A DNA stretch of 64,000 bases from a bacterium (GCA_963602135.1 CAVCHM010000005.1:1953-65952), one strand, 5' to 3'; shown: positions 1-13,952, counted from the stretch's first letter. The notes: generated by a model from the letters alone, not told the origin. Numbers and translations are program-made.

Positions 1-337
1 CGTAGGTCGAGGAGAAGCTCTTGAGCTCGCTCGTGTCACCCTTGTCCTTTTTCGTCTTCCAGTAATGACCCGCCACGCTTCCGTCTTGAACCGTATAGGT
101 CAAATCTTCGACGCGATCCTGCTTAATGGCGTTGACCATCTCGTTCGTCGCGAGCTTTACGGTATTGCTGGAATTGGCAAAGCCGGAGCCCATGTTAAAG
201 AAGGCGTAGCCCAGAAGCGCGCAAGCCAAAATAAAATACAGCCAGCCCGTACGCGTGGGCTTCTTGCCTCCGGGCATCCCCGGGATCTTAGGCTCCCGGG
301 GAGTCTGGGAATTGTTATCGTTACGGTCGTCGGGCAT
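1..337 (-). CDS. ftsH: ATP-dependent zinc metalloprotease FtsH, N-terminal part (runs off window start)
   Basis: Manual translation from ATG at 337: MPDDRNDNNSQ...GWLYFILACALLGYAFFNM (TM helix), open to the window edge; directly follows hpt in the conserved tilS-hpt-ftsH order. Confidence 0.8.
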   Translation of the reverse strand, partial: MPDDRNDNNSQTPREPKIPGMPGGKKPTRTGWLYFILACALLGYAFFNMGSGFANSSNTVKLATNEMVNAIKQDRVEDLTYTVQDGSVAGHYWKTKKDKGDTSELKSFSSTY

Positions 338-338
338 C

Positions 339-887
339 TTACGAATAAACCTCCGGTTTCAAAATGCCCAGATACGGAAGGTTACGATAGCGCTCGGCAT
401 AGTCGAGGCCGTAGCCCACCACAAAGGCATCGGGGCAATGGGTTCCAACATACTTGGGCGTGACGGCCGAGGTACGGTCCTCAACGTCCTTCCACAGGAA
501 GGCGGCAACCTCCAGCGAGGCGGGCTTGCGGCTCTCGAGGTTCTTCATCAGATACTTGAGCGTCAGGCCCGAGTCCAGAATGTCCTCGACGATCAGCACG
601 TCGCGACCGCGGATGTCGATATCCAGGTCCTTAATGATACGCACGATGCCCGAGGACTTCACACCGTCGCCATAGCTCGAAACAGCCATGAAATCGATGT
701 TGGTCGGCAGCTCGATCTTGCGCATCAGGTCGCCCATAAAGACCACGGCGCCGCGCAGGACCGCAATCAGCACCAGATCCTTACCCGCGTAGTCGCGAGT
801 AATCTGCTCGCCTAGGCGAGAGACGATACCGTCGATATCCTCCTGCGTAAACAGAACCTTCTCGATATCCGGATGTTGAGAAGCCAT
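339..887 (-). CDS. hpt: Hypoxanthine phosphoribosyltransferase
   Basis: PRPP-binding motif VLIVEDILDSGLTL; FVVGYGLDYAERYRNLPY. Confidence 0.97.
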   Translation of the reverse strand: MASQHPDIEKVLFTQEDIDGIVSRLGEQITRDYAGKDLVLIAVLRGAVVFMGDLMRKIELPTNIDFMAVSSYGDGVKSSGIVRIIKDLDIDIRGRDVLIVEDILDSGLTLKYLMKNLESRKPASLEVAAFLWKDVEDRTSAVTPKYVGTHCPDAFVVGYGLDYAERYRNLPYLGILKPEVYS

Positions 888-1034
888 GACAACCCTTTCT
901 TGTGCTTATCGCCCACGCACCGCCGCATGGACGCGAACTACACATTCTAGCAGCGCACGGGGTATATTTACCAGCACGTGCGCCATCAGCGCGGGAATAC
1001 CGTCAACGTCGCACAGAATAGCTGGCGCGAAGCG

Positions 1035-2576
1035 CTATTCCGCATCGACCACACGAAGCAGATATGCCACGCGCGTTGCGGCCGTGCATTTAAAACGCTC
1101 GTCCGCGCGAACGCCCGCGACCCATACTACGGCACCTCCCGGAGCCGTTCTTACCACGGGTACGCCAGAGCGGTCTGAAACAGGAATGCGCGCCTCGTTT
1201 AACAGGTCTGACACTTTCTTGCTTCGGCCGTTCATCCCCAACGGGCACATCACGTCTCCCGGCACAGGGCTATCCACCCACAGGCGCGCCGATCGTGCCT
1301 CGGTGGGAATCTCCCCGCGCGAGCCGGCGAGCATCCGTTCGCTATCGCGATCGGCAAAGCCCAGCGTCGCAGCATCCACCATCGCGGCCGCCCCTCCGGC
1401 ACCCGCGAGTTCGCGGGCACGGCGCACAATATCACACCCCGGCTCGACGGCCATCGGCTCTGCCACCAGAACGCGGCCCGCCCCCAGCGGCAATCGACCG
1501 GGAATGGTGACCCAATCGGCAACTAACCCCTCGCGCGCCGCCGGAGCCTTGAATGACAGCATGCCAAACTCCACGCGCGCATCGATTCCCGCCGGCAGCG
1601 TGACCGAACCCGAGCCTTCGGCGACACAGGCGAGCACGCGCTCCACATGCCGCATCTCCGGGCGAGCGTCGGGGTCGATACGCTTAATTGCCAGTCGCAC
1701 CATGCGCCGAGCAATCACCACCTCGGCCGCGGCCAGTCGGCGAGCGTCAAGAACTAGTGCACCCGCCGCCTCCTTACGCAGGCAGCTTCGAAACGCCTGT
1801 GCGGAAAGCTGGGAAAGAAAGGCGTCCTCATCGCCCAAGATCTCGCAGGCGGCGCCAATCGTCTTACAGACACTCGCGTTGCGCTGCGCCACCACCGGCA
1901 TCACTCGATGGCGCACATAGTTACGCAAGTACGACACGTCCTCGTTGCTCTCGTCCTCTCGCCACGGCTGACCATGCACCTGCAAATAGCCCACGAGCTC
2001 ATCATGAGTCAGGTCGAGCAGGGGACGCACCACGATATTCCTCCGGCGAGGAATGCTCGATAGGCCAGCGGGCCCCGAACCCTTAATCGCGTTCATCAAA
2101 AACGTTTCAGCGCGATCCGAAGACGTGTGCGCAGTGCAGATACGAGCCGCCGTTCGCGGTGCCCCCGTCTGGGCGCAGAGCTCGCGAACATACCTCCGCG
2201 CCGCGGCATAGCGCACCTCGCGGGCAGCCGCCTCGATATTGCCCGATTCATCATCAAAATAGGCATGCTCAACACACAGCGGCAAGCCATATTGTGCGCA
2301 TAGGCCGCGCACAAAGGCCTCGTCGCCATCGGATGCCTCGCCGCGCAGATGATGGTTCACATGCAGCACGTGCAGTCGCTCGCGCGCGATGGGGGCCACA
2401 CCACGCCCATCCAGAATATCCAACTTTGATGTGCATGCCATAAGGAGCAATGCCGTCGAGTCCGCACCACCTGATACCATGAGCACCACGGGGGCAGCCG
2501 TCTGCCGCGTTGCCAGGGCCCTATCATCAGCCCACGATGCAGCATGGTGTCCATAATGCTGAGATACCGTTGGCAT
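1035..2576 (-). CDS. tilS: tRNA(Ile)-lysidine synthetase
   Basis: PP-loop SGGADS, HVNHHLRG, AREVRY, AHTSSDRAET, RPLL, RNYVRH; RBS GAGGAGG; upstream of hpt. Confidence 0.95.
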   Translation of the reverse strand: MPTVSQHYGHHAASWADDRALATRQTAAPVVLMVSGGADSTALLLMACTSKLDILDGRGVAPIARERLHVLHVNHHLRGEASDGDEAFVRGLCAQYGLPLCVEHAYFDDESGNIEAAAREVRYAAARRYVRELCAQTGAPRTAARICTAHTSSDRAETFLMNAIKGSGPAGLSSIPRRRNIVVRPLLDLTHDELVGYLQVHGQPWREDESNEDVSYLRNYVRHRVMPVVAQRNASVCKTIGAACEILGDEDAFLSQLSAQAFRSCLRKEAAGALVLDARRLAAAEVVIARRMVRLAIKRIDPDARPEMRHVERVLACVAEGSGSVTLPAGIDARVEFGMLSFKAPAAREGLVADWVTIPGRLPLGAGRVLVAEPMAVEPGCDIVRRARELAGAGGAAAMVDAATLGFADRDSERMLAGSRGEIPTEARSARLWVDSPVPGDVMCPLGMNGRSKKVSDLLNEARIPVSDRSGVPVVRTAPGGAVVWVAGVRADERFKCTAATRVAYLLRVVDAE

Positions 2577-2624
2577 TTGCTTCCTCCTCTATTCGTTCGC
2601 ACCCATTGTATCCTTTGGAATATT

Positions 2625-3434
2625 ATGTCTCGTCTGCACCTTCATATCCTTGGCAGCGGCTCAAAAGGCAACTGCGCGCTCATCGAAGGCCCCCGAGGGC
2701 TCATCATGATTGACGACGGTCTTTCTCGCCGCGAGACATTAAAGCGCATGGCAGAACTGGGGCTCTCGGCAGTCAACGTCTCGGCTCTTCTCATCACTCA
2801 TGAGCACAGCGACCACATCAAAGGTCTCGATGTCTGGTGCAAGCACTGGCACGGCCCCCTCTATGCCAGCAGGGGCACACTTTCGAGCAAAGAAAATCTT
2901 TCGTATCTGTCTGTCGAGGAGTTCGATCCCGGTGACACCCTATCCATTGCCGGCATCCACGTGCAAACCTACTCAACATCACACGATGTCATCAATCCAG
3001 TCGGCTATCGATTCGACACCCTCGATGATTCTATCGGCTTTGCCACCGACACCGGAGAGCTATCGAGCCAAGCCATGAACACCCTCAAAGATTGTCGAGT
3101 CCTCGCGCTCGAAAGCAACCACGATGTGACCATGCTGCGCGAGGGAGAATATCCCCGCTTTCTTCAGGAGCGCATCCTGTCTGCAAGGGGGCACCTCTCC
3201 AACGACCAAGCCGCCGAAGCCGCGCGCGAACTCGTTACCGATCGCACCGAACAGCTCATTGCCATGCATATCAGCCAAGATAATAATCGCCCGAGCCTTA
3301 CCGTCAAAAGCTATGCCAAAGCTCTAGCCGCAACCTTGGATGACGAGGTCGGCAGCTCCGCCACCCTTCTCCAAGGATCGCGAAAACTCTCGATACGCCC
3401 CGCAAGCCAGCATCGGCCAGCAACCATTCATTAG
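2625..3434 (+). CDS. MBL-fold metallo-hydrolase (YycJ/WalJ-like)
   Basis: LGSGSKGN, THEHSDH, TDTG, LESNHD, GHLSN motifs; start set at ATG 2625. Confidence 0.9.
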   Translation: MSRLHLHILGSGSKGNCALIEGPRGLIMIDDGLSRRETLKRMAELGLSAVNVSALLITHEHSDHIKGLDVWCKHWHGPLYASRGTLSSKENLSYLSVEEFDPGDTLSIAGIHVQTYSTSHDVINPVGYRFDTLDDSIGFATDTGELSSQAMNTLKDCRVLALESNHDVTMLREGEYPRFLQERILSARGHLSNDQAAEAARELVTDRTEQLIAMHISQDNNRPSLTVKSYAKALAATLDDEVGSSATLLQGSRKLSIRPASQHRPATIH

Positions 3435-3449
3435 ATTATCCTAGACAGC

Positions 3450-3483
3450 AAAAGGGGCCGGGAATCGCTTCCCAGCCCCTTTT
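3450..3483. terminator. Bidirectional intrinsic terminator
   Basis: AAAAGGGGCCGGGAA...TTCCCAGCCCCTTTT hairpin between convergent genes. Confidence 0.8.
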
Positions 3484-3516
3484 GTTATCTCTTAATAGCA
3501 CAGAACGCCAACGAAG

Positions 3517-3948
3517 TTAGTCAATGGAGATCTTCGTAACGTTCTTCTTCTCGACGATCTTGGGAACCGTGACGGTCAAGATGCCGTCAGCGTACTTAGC
3601 CGAGAGGCCCTCGCTCGAAGCGTCCTTTAGATACACGCCACGAGTTGCGCTGTACGAGCTGAACTCCTTCTGCAGGAAGTTCTTGCCCTCGTTCTCCTCG
3701 TCTTCCTCGACATTCACACTAATGGACAGACGGCCCTCGTTAAGCTCGACATCGATATCGTCCTTGGCGACGCCGGTCAGATAAGCCTTGACCTCATAGC
3801 CATCGCCCTTATCCTCAACATCAACGGGAAACGCCTTGGAGGCGATCGAGTTGTTCGCCAGGTCGGTCATATCATCAAACAGATCGAACAGCGAGCTTGC
3901 AGAGGGACGAACGCCAAAAACCGAACGATAAGGAACCATGCTTGCCAT
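3517..3948 (-). CDS. Hsp20/alpha-crystallin small heat-shock protein
   Basis: FPVDVED...GVAKDDIDV...AKYADGILTVTVPK; RBS AAGGAG upstream of ATG 3948. Confidence 0.93.
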   Translation of the reverse strand: MASMVPYRSVFGVRPSASSLFDLFDDMTDLANNSIASKAFPVDVEDKGDGYEVKAYLTGVAKDDIDVELNEGRLSISVNVEEDEENEGKNFLQKEFSSYSATRGVYLKDASSEGLSAKYADGILTVTVPKIVEKKNVTKISID

Positions 3949-4036
3949 GTTTACCACTCCTTTTAAGGACTGCCGAGTCATCTTCTAGGTGACTGGGACT
4001 TCTTTTGACGCTCTTGTATATGCCCACCTGGTGCTC

Positions 4037-4105
4037 ATATATACATCGACTATAAAGTTTTTTGAGTCTATTACTATAAGCATATCTAAGTGCGTATGAC
4101 TCATG
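4037..4105. promoter_or_regulatory. Putative tandem HspR (HAIR-like) operators upstream of hsp20
   Basis: TTTGAGT-N7-TATAAGC (4061) and TCTAAGT-N7-ACTCATG (4085) vs CTTGAGT-N7-ACTCAAG; a weaker third unit at 4037; 24-bp period. Confidence 0.5.
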
Positions 4106-4225
4106 TTTTAGGAAGGTTAAGGTTCTTTGAACCAGAGCTTAAATAGCGAGTATGTCCCCAGCAACAAAGAACAAGGGGCTTACAATGGGCACGTACGCGT
4201 TGTTGGTAACGAGCTAAAGGGCATC

Positions 4226-4693
4226 ATGGACGACCAAAACCAGAACAATATGTTTATGCCGACGCGGGGGGAAGATACTTCCACGCAGCCGCCGCGGTTC
4301 CGTCGCCCTCACATCTCGCAAGAGCCCATTAATGATCCAGAGCCCGAGTATGTGAAGAGAAATCGATATCAAACGCTCGAGGATGCCCAAACGGGACGTA
4401 AGCATATGGGCGTCGCATCGGGCGATCCCGTATATCTGAAAGATGCACCGTTATCAAAAAACAGCTCAATCAGTGACGACCCGACGAAAGCGCCCGCAAC
4501 TCGGCAGCAAAGAGGTCCTCGACCTAAGCAAACCTTGACGCATTCGGCTCGTTATCTCGAGACGCCAAAACAAGGGAAAACGATCTTCGTTTCATCAAGT
4601 AAACGACGTAAGCAGCATCGACTCCAATTCCTGCTTTTGATCATTGTGGTCATAGCAGTTGCCCTTGTGATTCGATTTATTGTCTTTAAATAA
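4226..4693 (+). CDS. Hypothetical protein with C-terminal membrane anchor
   Basis: Hydrophilic ORF ending in basic KRRKQHR followed by LQFLLLIIVVIAVALVIRF; start uncertain. Confidence 0.65.
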   Translation: MDDQNQNNMFMPTRGEDTSTQPPRFRRPHISQEPINDPEPEYVKRNRYQTLEDAQTGRKHMGVASGDPVYLKDAPLSKNSSISDDPTKAPATRQQRGPRPKQTLTHSARYLETPKQGKTIFVSSSKRRKQHRLQFLLLIIVVIAVALVIRFIVFK

Positions 4694-4760
4694 AAGCTCA
4701 TTACCCATAAGCCCAACCGGGTTACAGGTGAAATGCAACTCATTTGTGAAGTGTTAACGC

Positions 4761-4794
4761 AAAAAAGGGGGGGGCCCGCGAGGCCTCCCCCTTC
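4761..4794 (-). terminator. rRNA operon terminator
   Basis: GC hairpin followed by a T-run on the minus strand downstream of 5S. Confidence 0.7.
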
Positions 4795-4825
4795 TCAGTT
4801 CAAGCGCACGGCTCGGTGCCGTCCA

Positions 4826-4946
4826 CCGGTCAGCGGCGCCCTGGCCTCCCACGGGCTGACCCCGCAGTACTCTCGGCGCGATGGGGCTTAGCTTCCGGGT
4901 TCGGAACGGGACCGGGCGTGCCCCCCATGCTCTGGCCGCTGACCGG
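4826..4946 (-). rRNA. rrf: 5S rRNA
   Basis: CCCGTTCCGAACCCGGAAGCTAAG and AGTACTGC cores; complementary ends; boundaries approximate. Confidence 0.93.
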
Positions 4947-5091
4947 TGGGCGGCGCCCACCGTTACGGTGTCCTGGGTCGATATCTGCGTGCCCTGGGGG
5001 CCGCATGGCGTATAGGGGGGAGTGACTCGGGGGCATCCTCGTGCCCGGACCGCGCATGAGCGCTCGGTCCCGCGGGCCGCGAGGTGCGGTT

Positions 5092-8063
<2,972 letters not shown>

Positions 8064-8460
8064 GGGACCGCTCTCGGGCCCGCGGGATATCCACGTGTCG
8101 CTAATTAATCTAATTAATCGATATCATGAATAGCGCTCGTATGTCGCAATTCGGGTATCTCATACCGCGGCACAGTCTTGACTGTGCTCGCGATCAGATG
8201 CTCCTCACTCATATATAAGTGAATTCTTCTTGTTTGGATCGGATGAATGATTGCTATCATTCTCTATTTAATCGCAGAAAAGAATCGAGTCTGGAAGAAT
8301 TGGATCTTCCATCTCTCTCCTATCGCTATGCGGCTCTCAAGGTACGCGGGTGCGACCCCGGGGACCGGGTGCTGCGGGGACTTCCCCCGGGCGACATCCA
8401 CCGGACGGGCTCCTGCCCTCTATTCGAGTTAAAGTTTGTCTCTCTAAGAATTTATCTCCC

Positions 8461-9967
<1,507 letters not shown>

Positions 9968-10170
9968 CAAATATGTTGGGCTTCGAGCCCGTCCGGTCCT
10001 CTCAGTCATCGCTGATCGGTTCCGTTCGATTCATATGGTTCTATTAGATAGGAAAAGGAATTTCTCGGGGCCGCCTCTCGGCGGCCTTGCGAAAAACAAA
10101 TCCAAGTTAGACCATTTCAAATGGTTCGATGTCTGCCCGGATGCGACACTGAAGTAAGTGTCCATCCTCG

Positions 10171-10195
10171 CAGTATCCGGTTCTCAAGGTGCACG
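10171..10195 (-). promoter_or_regulatory. rrn leader boxA-like/processing element (related copy in the ITS near 8326-8348)
   Basis: GTGCACCTTGAGAACCGGATA in the leader vs GCGTACCTTGAGAGCCGCATA in the ITS. Confidence 0.5.
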
Positions 10196-10452
10196 CCTGG
10201 CGGCTGATCCGGTCTCACCGGGCCGCGCGGCAAGGAGATATATTGCCAGACCGCAAAGCGATGTGGGACGTCAATTCCACTCTTCACGAGTCCTACACAA
10301 CATATCGCTTCCTATATAAGTAATAGAAAGGCTGGTGCAGAAATACCGCACGTATCAGATGATGACCCTTCGGTTAAGAGATATATAAAGATCGGTCACC
10401 TGTAAGTGTCTATCTACCCGCGCTTTTGCTATATAAACCAGCGCTTTAGATA

Positions 10453-10489
10453 AAAAGAGGGAGCGCCGCGCACAGCGCGACACTCCCCT
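10453..10489 (-). terminator. Terminator after rplT
   Basis: GGGAG..CGCG hairpin followed by TTTT on the minus strand. Confidence 0.6.
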
Positions 10490-10508
10490 AGCGATTCAAG
10501 AGAATCAA

Positions 10509-10868
10509 TTAGGCCTCAAGAGCCTTCTTGGCGATGGTAGCCAGCTCGTTGAAGGACTCGATGTCCTCATAAGCCATCTGGGCCAGGACCTTGCGGTCGA
10601 GCTCGATGCCGGCAACCTTCAGGCCGTGCATGAACTGAGAGTAAGAGATGTCGTTCAGGCGAGCAGCAGCGTTGATACGGGTGATCCAGAGAGAGCGGAT
10701 CTCGCGCTTCTTGTTGCGGCGATCACGATACTGATACTGCAGGGAGTGCTGGACCTGCTCTTTAGCATGCTTGTAAGTACGCGAAGCGGCACCGTAGTAA
10801 CCCTTCGCACGGTGCATAACGGTACGGCGCTTCTTCTTGGCGGCAACAGCGCGCTTAATACGTGCCAT
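10509..10868 (-). CDS. rplT: 50S ribosomal protein L20
   Basis: MARIKR...AKGYYG...YRDRRNKKR...LWITRINAA. Confidence 0.99.
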   Translation of the reverse strand: MARIKRAVAAKKKRRTVMHRAKGYYGAASRTYKHAKEQVQHSLQYQYRDRRNKKREIRSLWITRINAAARLNDISYSQFMHGLKVAGIELDRKVLAQMAYEDIESFNELATIAKKALEA

Positions 10869-10914
10869 GTTCTATCAACTCCTAGACGGTTAAACGAAAA
10901 ACGGGAACGCGAAC

Positions 10915-11106
10915 TTAGGCGAGACGCGACTTGATGACCTTGCGGTCGGCAGCGGCGATCTCGGTCTCCTGACGGAAGCCACGCTTACGCTTGGTGGACT
11001 TCTTGCTCAGGATGTGGCTCTTGAAAGCCTTGGCGCGCATAAGCTTGCCGGTACCAGTCTTGCGGAAACGCTTCTTGGTGCCGCTGTGGGACTTCATCTT
11101 AGGCAT
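10915..11106 (-). CDS. rpmI: 50S ribosomal protein L35
   Basis: [21 protein letters not shown]. Confidence 0.99.
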   Translation of the reverse strand: MPKMKSHSGTKKRFRKTGTGKLMRAKAFKSHILSKKSTKRKRGFRQETEIAAADRKVIKSRLA

Positions 11107-11138
11107 GAAATACTCCTTAATCGGTTACAGAACACTAG

Positions 11139-11693
11139 TTACTTGGTATCGCTTGCCGCTTTATCCTCATCAAAGGCGCCCTTAATCGGGGCGAGCAGCA
11201 TAAGCATGTTACGGCCTTCCATCTTAGGCTTGGACTCGACCGTAGCGTAAGGCTTGAGATCCTCGGCGAGGCGCTCGAGAACGTTAAGACCCTGCTCCGG
11301 GTGAGCCATCTCACGGCCGCGGAACATGATGGTGATCTTAACGCGTGCGCCCTTCTTGAGGAAACGCAGAACATGGCCCTTCTTGGTCTCGTAATCGCCA
11401 ACGTCAATCTTGGGTCGGAACTTCATTTCCTTGACCTCGACCTTGGACTGGTTCTTACGAGCGGCCTTGGCCTTCATGGCCTGCTGGTACTTGAACTTAC
11501 CGTAGTCCATGACCTTGCAGACCGGCGGCTCCGCGTTGGGAGCGATCTCGACCAGGTCGAGACCCTGATCGTCAGCGACGCGCTGGGCATCGCGGATGGC
11601 GAACAGGCCGAGCTGAGAGCCATCGACGCCAATCAAACGGCACGAAGATGCAGTGATCTCGTCGTTGATGCGGGTGTCATCAGACTTAGCTAT
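11139..11693 (-). CDS. infC: Translation initiation factor IF-3 (probable ATA start)
   Basis: RINDEI, DLVEIAP, CKVMDYGKFKY, KEMKFRPKID; SD GGAGGT lies 7 nt before ATA at 11693. Confidence 0.96.
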   Translation of the reverse strand: MAKSDDTRINDEITASSCRLIGVDGSQLGLFAIRDAQRVADDQGLDLVEIAPNAEPPVCKVMDYGKFKYQQAMKAKAARKNQSKVEVKEMKFRPKIDVGDYETKKGHVLRFLKKGARVKITIMFRGREMAHPEQGLNVLERLAEDLKPYATVESKPKMEGRNMLMLLAPIKGAFDEDKAASDTK

Positions 11694-11712
11694 TTTCCCT
11701 ACCTCCATTCAT

Positions 11713-11855
11713 AAAAAAATAACCCGGCGCTTCTTTGCAACCAGGTCGTACACATAGACATCCTCAATATGAGGAAGGGAATCTAAGTTGTATGACCAGT
11801 CAGCTGCTCATTGGCGCCAAAAGGTGGGAACCCTCGGGTTCCTCTTTAGGGCATT
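11713..11855 (-). ncRNA. Putative L20-leader-like attenuator of infC-rpmI-rplT
   Basis: AGAGGAACCCGAGGGTTCCCACCT hairpin, then a hairpin plus T-run just before the infC SD; extended -10 TGtTATTAT at 11876-11884. Confidence 0.55.
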
Positions 11856-11910
11856 GCGGGAACAACGCCTTGCGAATAATAACACGTACCGCGCGTTATC
11901 ACATTACGTA

Positions 11911-12162
11911 CACGAAAAAGGGGGCCTTGACCCCCTTGAAGCGCAGGTGCATGTATGGTGCCCGAGGCGAGACTCGAAGGGCCTTCGCTTCGCGAAGCCC
12001 CGGGCTTCGGGCGCACGGCGCCCTCGCCACGCTCCGCTACAAACAGGCCACAGGCCTGTTTGCTTAACGCTCCGCGCGCTCACGCGAGTTCGGCACGAAA
12101 AAGGGGGCCTTGACCCCCTTGGACGCTCACTTGCATGTATGGTGCCCGAGGCGAGACTCGAA
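11911..12162. repeat. ~68-bp direct repeat (11911-11978 / 12094-12162) containing the tRNA-Leu 3' end, enclosing a 115-bp palindromic insert
   Basis: CACGAAAAAGGGGGCCTTGACCCCCTTG...TGCATGTATGGTGCCCGAGGCGAGACTCGAA occurs twice. Confidence 0.9.
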
Positions 12163-12226
12163 CTCGCACGTTGTTGCCAACGGTGGATTTTGAGTCCACT
12201 GCGTCTGCCAATTCCGCCACTCGGGC
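12140..12226 (-). tRNA. tRNA-Leu(CAA)
   Basis: Cloverleaf GCCCGAG...GTGGA-CTCAAAA-TCCAC, long variable arm, GTTCGAG T-loop, encoded CCA. Confidence 0.97.
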
Positions 12227-12265
12227 ACGTAATGCGTGAGTTAGTTTATCACAGCTTTCTGTTGA

Positions 12266-13699
12266 TTAGTCCGAAAATGGAACTTCAAGCATTTCGATGA
12301 GTTCGACCGAGCGGAGCATCTCGCGCCGGCGGCACCCGCGTCCGTTAACCGAGACTTCGCCCATCTGGTTGTCATAGGGATCCTCGCGCATACCATCGAA
12401 AGCAGGCACAAGCTCAGCCTGGAATCGATCGTTGGCCACCAGGCGCCACGGGTCGAGATTGCCGAAGTAGTGACGACGGCGCCACTCCTCCCCCATTCTG
12501 CGCGCAGAGGAACCAAACGAAACATCGGCGTTAAGCCAACCGGTCTGTGGCGTATAGAACTCAGCCCAATCGTGCGGCCCCACCGAATCGGGCGCAACAT
12601 ACAGGCCGCTCTGCCAACGGGCAGGAACGCCCGCAATGCGACACATGGTGATAAACGTGAGCGCCATAACGCCGCAATCGCCGCGGAGCGAGTGTGCACA
12701 GTCGTCGGCAATAGACCCCAAAAGCAGGTACGGTGGCTGATAGCGATAGTCGACATGCTGTGTCAGGTAATCATAGATAGCACGAGCGCGATCGAGCGGA
12801 TCATCGAGCCCGTCAATAACACGCTCCGTCAACTGTCGCAGGTACGGCGTAAACACAATGTGCGGACGGTCCTCGGAAGTGTCCTCGGGCAGCGGCGTGT
12901 CCATGCACGCATGCGATGGGAGCGCGCCACCATAGATATCGCAATAGGCGGCATCGATGTGATAGCGATAGGTCACCGAGAATGAATGTTCAGTCGAAGA
13001 TGTCCAAGAGGCAGTACGAGCCGAAACGTTTTCAGGGGCAACGGTACCCTCCGACGTCATATCGAGAACCTCGATATGAGACTGTTGACGACAGGCGGCA
13101 GCAACGGGTAGCCACGCGCGAACAGCCTCTCCCTCCAGAGCCCCAGGGACAGACACGGATGCCTTAAGCGTGATGACGCGAGTCAACCCGTTTTGCGACT
13201 CCATCTCCCTGAGCATCTGGTTACGCAGCGCGATGCCGTCCGTAGAATCGGGACGCAGGCCCGGAACCTCCTTGGGGTACACGCGAAGCGAATCGAGGAA
13301 GTTGTCGAGAACGAACAGCTCGCCATCGATAAAGCGCCAATCGATACGCTTACGATTAATCAGGTCATCAAACTGCTCTTCGGTAAACTCTGGCCACTCC
13401 TCGCGAATCATCGCAATAGCCTGATCACGCGACACCGAAAAATGAAGCGGCGTCTCGAGCATGCGATACCGCTCGGCACGAACACAAGCAGCCAACGAAG
13501 GCTCAGGGTTCTGTTCCAAAAGGCGATCGCAGGCAGCAACAGCCTGCGTCAAATACCCGGCATCCTTAAGTCGAAGAATCTCGGGCGGTAGCCCAATATC
13601 GAGATGGCGAAAATCATCACAGCAAACATCAACAGAGCAACCAACAGGGCCCTCGTCAACAACCTTCCCATCCGAAGGCAGCACATCAATAACAGCCAT
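12266..13699 (-). CDS. Transglutaminase-like domain protein
   Basis: RARAIYDYL, GDCG, GVPARWQSG, HDWAEFY...W..AD catalytic triad; RBS GGAG before ATG 13699. Confidence 0.88.
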   Translation of the reverse strand: MAVIDVLPSDGKVVDEGPVGCSVDVCCDDFRHLDIGLPPEILRLKDAGYLTQAVAACDRLLEQNPEPSLAACVRAERYRMLETPLHFSVSRDQAIAMIREEWPEFTEEQFDDLINRKRIDWRFIDGELFVLDNFLDSLRVYPKEVPGLRPDSTDGIALRNQMLREMESQNGLTRVITLKASVSVPGALEGEAVRAWLPVAAACRQQSHIEVLDMTSEGTVAPENVSARTASWTSSTEHSFSVTYRYHIDAAYCDIYGGALPSHACMDTPLPEDTSEDRPHIVFTPYLRQLTERVIDGLDDPLDRARAIYDYLTQHVDYRYQPPYLLLGSIADDCAHSLRGDCGVMALTFITMCRIAGVPARWQSGLYVAPDSVGPHDWAEFYTPQTGWLNADVSFGSSARRMGEEWRRRHYFGNLDPWRLVANDRFQAELVPAFDGMREDPYDNQMGEVSVNGRGCRRREMLRSVELIEMLEVPFSD

Positions 13700-13840
13700 A
13701 CCAAACTCCAAGTCATTAGAACTCTTGAAGCACATTGTAGCGAGATAAAAAAGAAAGCCCCAACAAAGGAACCCTCAACACCGATAAACGGTACCTATTA
13801 AAAATGAATTCAGCCCAGTAACCCTGCGGCGTTAAACGAA

Positions 13841-13932
13841 GGAAGCCCCGTCCCCCGGAACTGTTTCCTTAGCGCGACTTCTGGCGAAGCCAGGTGAGCG
13901 CAAAGGAAACAGTGTAGGGGGACGGGGCTTCC
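13841..13932. repeat. 92-bp palindromic (REP/MITE-like) element
   Basis: Perfect 16-bp arms GGAAGCCCCGTCCCCC/GGGGGACGGGGCTTCC with nested inner stems ACTGTTTCCTT/AAGGAAACAGT. Confidence 0.85.
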
Positions 13933-13952
13933 GGCGGGAAGTTTAGCGACGC

